NCBI GenBank assembly: GCA_050613775.1
Contig: JBODTK010000127.1
Span: forward strand, 310,001-374,000
Origin: Neocallimastix sp. 'constans'
Lineage: Eukaryota
DNA: 64,000 bases
Reading direction: 5' to 3'
Below, one piece after another: positions 29,151 to 37,250 of this stretch. The notes beneath the pieces are model-generated. The model ran no database searches. It saw only the letters and a program-made list of their open reading frames with translations, and was not told the DNA's origin. Numbering within the stretch: position 1 is the stretch's first letter; each line of letters starts with the position of its first letter. A program made the position numbers and the translations under genes.

Positions 29151-29213
<63 letters not shown>

Positions 29214-29520
29214 TTTTATTAATATTATAAATGTATTTTATTTATATTGTTATAATTAAATTTTATATAATTGATTATAAAAATCAATTTAAATTTAATA
29301 GTTTTTATATATAAAAAGAAAAATAATAATAAAATGTAATTTAGTGGCAAGAACAACTTTTATGCCTTGAAAAAAAGTATAAATAGTTGTAAATTTTGCT
29401 ACTAATTTTTAAAATATCATCAAATAAAATCAAATAAATTTATAAATAAAAATAATAAATAAATAAATAAAATTTGTGTTTCCTTACTTTATTTTTATTT
29501 AATTCTCTAAAACCTTAACA
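28664..29520 (+). repeat. Gypsy 5' LTR
   Basis: Direct repeat of 35839-36695, same length and same A56 run; no differences noticed by eye. Confidence 0.97.
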
Positions 29521-29526
29521 TTTATA

Positions 29527-29544
29527 TGGTGGAGATATCGGGGA
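29527..29544 (+). promoter_or_regulatory. Gypsy primer-binding site, tRNA-Ala-like
   Basis: TGGTGGAGATATCGGGGA is complementary to a tRNA 3' end ...CTCCACCA, typical of tRNA-Ala. Confidence 0.8.
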
Positions 29545-30546
29545 ATTAAATAGAAATAATAGTAAATAACATAGATTTTTTTTAATTTTTTTTTTATTTT
29601 ATATTGATAAACAAGTAAGTCGTTAATTCTTTGATTAACCTATGGCGCTTGTTTGATATATATATAAAAAAAAAAATTTTTTTTAAAATAAGTAAAATTA
29701 AGATTCTAAAAAAAACCAAATCTTGTAAAATTATAACAAGGAGCGGATAGAGCTCATACACAGTGTATTCTCAGATAGCAACAAATTAACTCTATTCATA
29801 GTAGGTTATTGAATAGTAGTTAATTTGGAGATTAATTGGAAAGTAGACGAAGGTATTTGGTTACCGACCCGGTAATAATAGTTCAACCTTCAACGTTTCA
29901 ACACACGAAGGTGCGGGTACTTTCCAAGCACTGGCGAATAAGGAGCTTACGTCACCGAAGGCGTAAGATTGTTTTTTTTATATAATTTTTTTTACTTTTC
30001 TTTGTGCTAGTTATAAGGCACTTTATTATATAAAGTATCAGACTTTGGCTAACTTCGCCATTTAAATTTTTTTTATTTTTTTTTTATTACTGGTACTTTA
30101 TTTGTTATATAATTCCTGTAATAGAATCTTAATTTACTTTGAAAATATTGTGTTTTTAGTTAATTTTTATTAGTTAATAAAAATATTATTGAATACTTTT
30201 AAAATTTTTTTATTCCGTACATAGATTATCGGATTAAGTTTATCCTACATAGTAATTGGGCTAGTGGGCTCTGAACTGCTATATTTTATATTGAATATAG
30301 TAATCGTGGCACACGCGTGGCATGACACCATTAGGTAAGCTGCACGTCAGACAGTGTGTACTATCAGATTGTACGACAATAAAGATTATTTTTTTTGTAT
30401 TTAATAATTATAATTAATTAATAATTTTATTAGCTATAACAATACAATATTTATCGTTTAAAAAGAAAAATTTTTGAAAGGTGAAAATAATAAATAAAAC
30501 TTTGCTTCTAAATTTATTACTACAAATATACTAAATTACAAAATTC

Positions 30547-30745
30547 AAGTGGTCGATAAAGATTTCGAGCTTGAAAAATATTCTATTAAGTTGTCGATAA
30601 AGATTTCGAACTTAAAATTATTCTATTAAGTTGTCGATAAAGATTTCGAACTTAAAATTATTCTTAAAAAAGTAGTCGAAAAGAACCTCGTGCTTTATAA
30701 TTTCTACTAAGTTGTCGATAAGGATTTCGAGCTTATACTTACTAA
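30547..30745 (+). repeat. Five tandem ~40-bp units, each with a 26-nt hairpin
   Basis: AAGTTGTCGATAAAGATTTCGAACTT and variants at 30547, 30588, 30628, 30670 and 30709. Confidence 0.9.
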
Positions 30746-30916
30746 AGAAAGCAAATAAAATTATTATTTTCAAAAATTACTAAGATATATTGTTTTAAAA
30801 TTTGATTCGATATTAAATTACTTGTTAAATTATATTTTTAAAGTTGGACTTTCAAATTTATTCGTATTTAATAACCTCGTTAATTTACAATAAAAAAATT
30901 ATTAACTAAAAACGAA

Positions 30917-31822
30917 ATGTCTACTAAAAGTACTTTAAGTTTTAAAGAATTAAAGAAAGAATTACGAGACATAGTGAAGCTTAGCAAGGACAATTTAGAT
31001 ATAAAGTCCTGGGCTACTGAATTAAAACTTTGGATCAAGATACAAGGTATCACAGATCCGGAAACAATATTTAATGCTTGTTTACTTACCAGCTCTGGTG
31101 AAGTACAACGCGTTATTGAAGATTTGGGAGAAGATAGTGATGATGAAAGTGATGATTCATCAGATGAAGAAGAAGATGATGAAGAAGAAAATGTTGATGA
31201 TGATAAATTTCCTTCTCTTGAAAAAATTATTTCAAGTCTTGAAAATTTTTACGGTATTAAAGAAGACCAAAATTTACTTCTTAAAGAACTTCGTGCAATG
31301 CGAATTAAAAGAAACGAAAAGATTAAAGACTTTAATGTAAGATATAGAACTTTGTACACTAAACTTGATAAAAAGAGAAGAAAGCGCATTGGTGTACTAG
31401 ATTATATTGACTCTATTCAAAATAATTATGAAGCCTGGAAGAAATTATCCCTTAAAGATGATATAAGTATGGAGAAAGCTTTCAAAATTGCCGAGAAAGT
31501 AGATAGACTTTCTGTAAGGAACAATAATATTAATACCTATAATGTTAATAATTCCCAGCATAATCAAAATAATCAAAACAGTACTACTTCAAGACTTTAT
31601 CCTAAAAGAAGAAACGAAACTTTCCAAACAAGTCAAACAAATAATAAACTGAAACCTCAAGATATTATAGAAGAATCAACCCAGAAAATGAGAAATTTAT
31701 CTGTTAAAACTTGCTTCTTCTGTAAGGAAGAAGGTCATTACTCATACTATTGCCCTCAATTAAATAAGATTATGGAAAAAAATAAAAAAGAAATATATTC
31801 CAAAAAGTCTTTAAACTTCTAA
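30917..31822 (+). CDS. gag: Gypsy Gag with CCHC zinc knuckle
   Basis: 301-aa ORF; CFFCKEEGHYSYYC knuckle; capsid-like LRAMRIKRNEKIKDFNVRY. Confidence 0.93.
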   Translation: MSTKSTLSFKELKKELRDIVKLSKDNLDIKSWATELKLWIKIQGITDPETIFNACLLTSSGEVQRVIEDLGEDSDDESDDSSDEEEDDEEENVDDDKFPSLEKIISSLENFYGIKEDQNLLLKELRAMRIKRNEKIKDFNVRYRTLYTKLDKKRRKRIGVLDYIDSIQNNYEAWKKLSLKDDISMEKAFKIAEKVDRLSVRNNNINTYNVNNSQHNQNNQNSTTSRLYPKRRNETFQTSQTNNKLKPQDIIEESTQKMRNLSVKTCFFCKEEGHYSYYCPQLNKIMEKNKKEIYSKKSLNF

Positions 31823-31862
31823 ATGGGAGCAGAAGCACTCCCAATGACAAAACAATAGCTTC
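31810..31862 (+). promoter_or_regulatory. -1 ribosomal frameshift signal (slippery heptamer plus H-type pseudoknot)
   Basis: T TTA AAC in the gag frame, 7-nt spacer, stem TGGGAG/CTCCCA, loop GAAGC pairing with GCTTC; pol is open in the -1 frame from here. Confidence 0.88.
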
Positions 31863-34800
31863 ATTAAATAATTTACAAAATAATACTTTTACCAAGAATA
31901 CCCCAATTGATAATAATTCCTTTAATAAAGAATCTGAAGAATCTGATTTTAGTGACACAACTGAAAGTGAGGATAATATCATTATAAATGCTATAAAAAG
32001 AAAAATGAATGATAATAACAGCGAAAAGGAAGAAAATAATTCCAAGAAAGTACATAAAAGTTTAAAAGATAATCCACGTCCTTTCGCAACTCCTGCTTTA
32101 AGAAAGAAGAAAGAAAATGAGCTACATAATAAACCAAATAAAGTTTATAAAAATCAAATACTTCCTTCAATTTTAACTCAACCAAATATTAACAAAGAAA
32201 AACAAAAAGAAAAGGAATTAAGAAATATAACAAGAGTAAGAGAAAGTAAAGAAGAAAACAACAATTATTCATCAAAAGGAAAGAAAAAAGTTGAATCTGA
32301 AGATATACTTGTAATCGATAATGAAATAGAAGATATAGAAATGAATAAAGATAATCAACAAAATAAAACTAATACTTTGGAAAAATTAATTTCAACAAAA
32401 ACTAAAGAAACTAATAATGAAAATACTCAGTTAGTAAAAAGGAATATCAAAATGATGAATAATAAAGAACCTTACAATATTATGGATGATTTAAATAATC
32501 TTAAATCCAGTATTACGATAGGTCAACTCTTGAATGCATGTCCGAAAATTCGTTCACAATTAACTCAAGGTTTAAAGTTAGAAAAATCTAAAATAATTGG
32601 AACTGTAGACAATGTAATAGCACGAACTTTATTAGTGAATAACTATGATCATAGCTACATAAGTAAAAGTAATGAAGTAGCCGAAGAAGACTTAGCAATG
32701 GTTGATGCAAGTGTTGACGGAGTACTAGGAAAACTTTTAATTGATTCTTGTAGTAACCTAAGCATCGTTACTAAGCAGTATTTTGATAAATTACCTGGTG
32801 AATATGAAACAGTTGGAAAAAGTCGTGGAAGAATCCAACTAGCAACACAAGATGAAGAATACTCGGAAGGAATTATTGTTCAATTACCAGTAAAAATTAA
32901 TAATTATGAATTTAATGCGGACTTTAGAATTATTGAGAAAGAAGACTCATTTTATGATATGTTAATAAACTTTAAAACTCAAATCGATCATTGTTTATTT
33001 ATTCATCCGACCTTAAACAGTTTATGTAAACTTTTGTCAGAAAGTGAATACGAAGAAATAGCTAAAATAAATAATCAATATTATGATGAAGAAAGTATAA
33101 TTTGCACTATTAGAAAAGTTAAAGAAACGAATAATGAAAAGGAAATTATAAAGGAATTAACTCCAATGGAATTTATTGAGAGTGATGAATTTTTAAGTAC
33201 CTTAAATAAAGATTATAAAGAACAAATTATTAAAATTCTCAAAGAAATGATTGACATAGTTGCCACTTCAACAGAAGAACTAACTCCTTCTAAACTTTCA
33301 CCACATAAGATCCGTTTGAAAGCAAATGCAAAGCCAGTAAAATTAAGAAGTTATAGGTTAACTAAATTAAAATCAGATATCTTAAAAGAAGAACTTACAA
33401 AGCTTATTAAGAAAGGATTGATAGAACCATCCTGTTCAGAATGGTCATCTCCAGTAGTACTCATTCTAAAACACAATGGAAAGTGGCGCTTGTGTATTGA
33501 CTACCGAAAAGTCAATGATATGACAGAAAAAGATTCTTATTCAGTTCCATATATAGATGAAATTTTTGATAGTCTCGGAGGATCTAAAATATTTACAACT
33601 CTTGATTTATTTTCTGGTTTTCACCAAATCTTAATGGATGAAGAAAGCGTTGAAGTAACCACTTTCACTACTAAGTTTGGAAATTATCAATTTAAGGTTA
33701 TGCCTTTTGGACTTACTGGAGCTCCCTCAACCTTCCAAAGAGAAATGAATAAAATTTTATTCCCTTTTATTGGTGAATTTGTTTATGTATTTATTGATGA
33801 TGTTTTGATCTATTCAAAAAGTATCGAAGAACATTTAATTCATATTAAACAAGTATTAGAAGTATTTAAAGAAAACAAGTTAAAAATTAATATTGAAAAG
33901 TGCCATTTTCTTCAAACTGAAGTTGATGTATTAGGTCACAAACTTACTACTAAAGGATTAAGTCCCATGGAAAGTAAAATAACAGCTATTAAGAAGTGGG
34001 AAGCCCCTTCATCAATTCATGAATTAAGATCATTTCTAGGAGCAATAGGGTATTATCGTGACTTTATCCCTAAATATGCTCAAATTACCTCACCTTTATG
34101 TAAATTATTGAAAAAGAATACTAAATATGAATGGAATAAAGAACAACAAGAAAGCTTTGAACTCCTAAAAGAAAAATTAATCAATGCACCTATTCTAAAA
34201 TTTCCGTCATTTGACAAACCTTTTATCATTAGAACTGATGCTTCGTATAATGGAATTGGTGGAGTTCTTTTACAAAAAGAAGAAGAAACCGGTAAGGAGC
34301 ATCCAATACACTTTATAAGTAGAAGTTTGAAGAAAACTGAAAAGAATTATGGTATCACAGATTTGGAAGGAACAGCTTTATTTTACTGTATGACTAAATT
34401 TAAATCTTATATTGAAGGAAATCCATTACCTACAACTATTTACACAGATCATAAACCATTAGTTGGTTTATTTAAGAATAAAGAACCTTTGAATGCAAGG
34501 CAAACAAGATGGTGTCTAACCGCTAGTATGCTTGGAATTAATATAAAATATGAATCAGGCAAAAAGAATGTGTTAGCTGATGCTCTTTCAAGAATGAAAA
34601 GTAAGGAAGAGAGAAAGATATTATTAACAAAAATTACTAATGGAAATAATGAAGAATTATTATCTAAGGTTATAAAGGAATTTATTAATGAAAAGTTTAC
34701 TGTTATTGATGGTGAAGATTACTTTATCGACAATGGAAATTATAGAAAATTAATAACGGACGAAAATGAAAGGTTTAAATTAATTTTAGAAGCTCATAAT

Positions 34801-35820
34801 ATTGGCCACGAAGGATATTACAAAACATATCAAAGACTTAAGAAAAACTTTTATTGGAATCATATGATTAAAGATATCAAAAGAATTGTTAGTAATTGTG
34901 AAAAATGCCAGTTAAATCGTCCTCAACCATATCCAGAACCAACCGAAAACCATCCAACTAAAGTGGAGGGTCCCTTTGTGCATTTAGGATTAGATATTAT
35001 AGGACCGTTACCAAAAACAAGAAATAATAATCAATATATTATAGTAACTGTTGATTACTTTACCAAATGGGTTGAAGCCGAACCCACTGAAAACATAACT
35101 TCCTCTGATATAATTAAATTTTTAATAAACGTTTTTGCAAGACATGGTGTGCCTCAAGTTATTACTACAGATAATGGAGTCCAATTCACTTCTGATATGA
35201 CTAAAATCTTTCTTGATCTTTATGATGTTTATGTAAAATTCATAGCTACCTATCACCCTGAATCCAATGGTCTCACTGAAAACCGAAATAAAGAAATTGG
35301 AAAATTACTTCGTTTATTAGGAAGGAAAAATCAAGATTGGGATGAAGTTTTACCTTCTGCTTTATGGGCACTTCGAACTACCAAAAACACAGCTACCGGA
35401 CATTCTAGTTTTGAATTAGTATATGGAAGAGAAGACCAACAGCCTTATGATATAGCCATAAGAACAATTGAAAATGCAGGTAAATCGTATGATGAAATTT
35501 TAATGGAAAAATTTGTTCGTCATTATCAATGGACTAGAGAAGCATGCGAAAATGTGAAGAATGCTAACAAGTATTGGGCAACAAGACGAGAAGAACAAAT
35601 AAGTATGAAAAAAGGAAAAGAATTAAAAGCTGGTGATCTTGTTCTTGTTAGAAACTTTAGCCGCACTAAGCTAGAACCATATTACAATGGACCATTTAAA
35701 ATTTTAAAAATTCAATTCAACACGGCAACCTTAATCGATCAGAAGACTGGAAAGCAACTCGATAGGAATGTTCACTTTAAAAATTTAGTAAAGTTTAACT
35801 CCGCTTACAGAGAAGCTTGA
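31810..35820 (+). CDS. pol: Gypsy Pol (protease, RT, RNase H, integrase), expressed as Gag-Pol
   Basis: Frame is open upstream of ATG 32005. Motifs: LIDSCS (PR), WRLCIDYR, MPFGL, FIDD (RT), TDAS and TDHKPL (RH), HHCC, DDE and GPF (IN). No chromodomain. Confidence 0.97.
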   Translation, partial: FKLLNGSRSTPNDKTIASLNNLQNNTFTKNTPIDNNSFNKESEESDFSDTTESEDNIIINAIKRKMNDNNSEKEENNSKKVHKSLKDNPRPFATPALRKKKENELHNKPNKVYKNQILPSILTQPNINKEKQKEKELRNITRVRESKEENNNYSSKGKKKVESEDILVIDNEIEDIEMNKDNQQNKTNTLEKLISTKTKETNNENTQLVKRNIKMMNNKEPYNIMDDLNNLKSSITIGQLLNACPKIRSQLTQGLKLEKSKIIGTVDNVIARTLLVNNYDHSYISKSNEVAEEDLAMVDASVDGVLGKLLIDSCSNLSIVTKQYFDKLPGEYETVGKSRGRIQLATQDEEYSEGIIVQLPVKINNYEFNADFRIIEKEDSFYDMLINFKTQIDHCLFIHPTLNSLCKLLSESEYEEIAKINNQYYDEESIICTIRKVKETNNEKEIIKELTPMEFIESDEFLSTLNKDYKEQIIKILKEMIDIVATSTEELTPSKLSPHKIRLKANAKPVKLRSYRLTKLKSDILKEELTKLIKKGLIEPSCSEWSSPVVLILKHNGKWRLCIDYRKVNDMTEKDSYSVPYIDEIFDSLGGSKIFTTLDLFSGFHQILMDEESVEVTTFTTKFGNYQFKVMPFGLTGAPSTFQREMNKILFPFIGEFVYVFIDDVLIYSKSIEEHLIHIKQVLEVFKENKLKINIEKCHFLQTEVDVLGHKLTTKGLSPMESKITAIKKWEAPSSIHELRSFLGAIGYYRDFIPKYAQITSPLCKLLKKNTKYEWNKEQQESFELLKEKLINAPILKFPSFDKPFIIRTDASYNGIGGVLLQKEEETGKEHPIHFISRSLKKTEKNYGITDLEGTALFYCMTKFKSYIEGNPLPTTIYTDHKPLVGLFKNKEPLNARQTRWCLTASMLGINIKYESGKKNVLADALSRMKSKEERKILLTKITNGNNEELLSKVIKEFINEKFTVIDGEDYFIDNGNYRKLITDENERFKLILEAHNIGHEGYYKTYQRLKKNFYWNHMIKDIKRIVSNCEKCQLNRPQPYPEPTENHPTKVEGPFVHLGLDIIGPLPKTRNNNQYIIVTVDYFTKWVEAEPTENITSSDIIKFLINVFARHGVPQVITTDNGVQFTSDMTKIFLDLYDVYVKFIATYHPESNGLTENRNKEIGKLLRLLGRKNQDWDEVLPSALWALRTTKNTATGHSSFELVYGREDQQPYDIAIRTIENAGKSYDEILMEKFVRHYQWTREACENVKNANKYWATRREEQISMKKGKELKAGDLVLVRNFSRTKLEPYYNGPFKILKIQFNTATLIDQKTGKQLDRNVHFKNLVKFNSAYREA

Positions 35821-35838
35821 GTCTTCGTCGGGGCATCT

Positions 35839-36325
35839 TGATAAGAATGTACTAAATAATGCATTCTTAATTAAATCTACGATTTATTTCTAATACATTA
35901 TGTGTACATTATTATTTTTGTACTTTAATAAATTTTTAAATCCAAAGATCAAAAATTAAATCAAAAATTATATTAAACTTTATATTTTTATATTAAATCT
36001 TATATTAATAGTAATATTTTTATATATTTAAAACTTATATTAGCAATATTAATAATAAATCTTACTTTTTTTATTTTTATATTAATAATGAAAATTTGTA
36101 TTAATAATATTTTTATATATTGATAATTAAAAATTTATATATTATATTTTAACTTTTATTATAAAATTTTATATCGAAATGTTTTATTTTATATTGACAA
36201 ATATTTTATTTTATTAAAAACCTTTATATTAGAATAGTATTTTTATTTTTATTTGAATATTTTAACAGATTGTAATAAAAATTTTAGCCAATTAAATAAA
36301 TTCTTATTAGTAATATTTTAGATAG

Positions 36326-36388
<63 letters not shown>

Positions 36389-36695
36389 TTTTATTAATAT
36401 TATAAATGTATTTTATTTATATTGTTATAATTAAATTTTATATAATTGATTATAAAAATCAATTTAAATTTAATAGTTTTTATATATAAAAAGAAAAATA
36501 ATAATAAAATGTAATTTAGTGGCAAGAACAACTTTTATGCCTTGAAAAAAAGTATAAATAGTTGTAAATTTTGCTACTAATTTTTAAAATATCATCAAAT
36601 AAAATCAAATAAATTTATAAATAAAAATAATAAATAAATAAATAAAATTTGTGTTTCCTTACTTTATTTTTATTTAATTCTCTAAAACCTTAACA
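35839..36695 (+). repeat. Gypsy 3' LTR
   Basis: Direct repeat of 28664-29520. Confidence 0.97.
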
Positions 36696-36780
36696 TTTAA
36701 TTATTTGTTTTAAAACTTTATTGAAAAATAATACTAAATATTAAAATAATAAAATAATTGTAATTATTGATTCTGTTATA

Positions 36781-36872
36781 AAATATAATAAAAATAAGTT
36801 TAAAAAAATTATTTTAAATTATTAAATATAATAAAAATAAGTTTAAAAAAATTATTTTAAATTATTAAATAT
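36781..36872. repeat. 43-bp tandem repeat (middle piece; other pieces at ~28055-28102 and 44208-44415)
   Basis: Unit AAATATAATAAAAATAAGTTTAAAAAAATTATTTTAAATTATT. Confidence 0.85.
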
Positions 36873-37236
36873 TGTAATAAAATTAGTATTTTTAGTTTAA
36901 ATTTTAATTAACACTTTGTTCAATACTTTTATTTTATTATAATTTTAAATATTAAATATTAAATAGCATATTATAAATAAATAGGATATATTACAATAAT
37001 ATATAGTTTATATAGTTTATGATACAAATAATATAGTTTTAAAATTTTTTATAAGCCTCTTTTATATTATTTCTAATAAGTCACGTATTTGATATAATAA
37101 ATATGTACGTTCCATTGAATGTAATTTTTATGAATATAAAAATATTAAATCATGTATTATTATTAAAAAAAAAGGTTCTTTAATAAAAATAAAAAATTTT
37201 AGTAAAAAGTAAATATTTATTTACGATTTTTTGTCA

Positions 37237-37250
37237 AATTAAGAGTCTCA
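37237..37250 (+). promoter_or_regulatory. Copia primer-binding site, complementary to the tRNA-Lys(CUU) anticodon arm
   Basis: AATTAAGAGTCTCA directly after the LTR; its reverse complement TGAGACTCTTAAT is an anticodon arm with CTT. Confidence 0.7.

Larger units (their letters stand above)
28664..36695 (+). mobile_element. Full-length, young Ty3/Gypsy LTR retrotransposon
   Basis: 857-bp LTRs (TGATAAG...CTTAACA), 4-bp TSD TTTA, PBS, open gag and pol with PR-RT-RH-IN order. Confidence 0.98.
28103..36780. mobile_element. Solo-LTR-like insertion (~640 bp: 28103-28663 plus 36700-36780) split by the Gypsy element
   Basis: Inverted termini TATAACA...TGTTATA, 5-bp TSD AAATA (28098-28102 and 36781-36785); the 43-bp tandem array resumes exactly after it. 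Confidence 0.7.

Noticed and set aside
28664..29524. Gypsy LTR extending to ...AACATTTA because TTTA follows both LTRs
   Set aside because: The CA end gives the inverted repeat TGATAAG/CTTAACA and a matching TTTA TSD; the longer end gives no TSD.
30547..30745. CRISPR-like array
   Set aside because: Linkers are ~14 nt and similar to each other, the context is a eukaryotic retrotransposon leader, and there are no cas genes.
31074..32185. Alternative-frame and antisense ORFs over Gypsy gag-pol (and similar ones over the Copia, TAF5 and CDC23)
   Set aside because: Shadow frames of biased coding sequence with no motifs.
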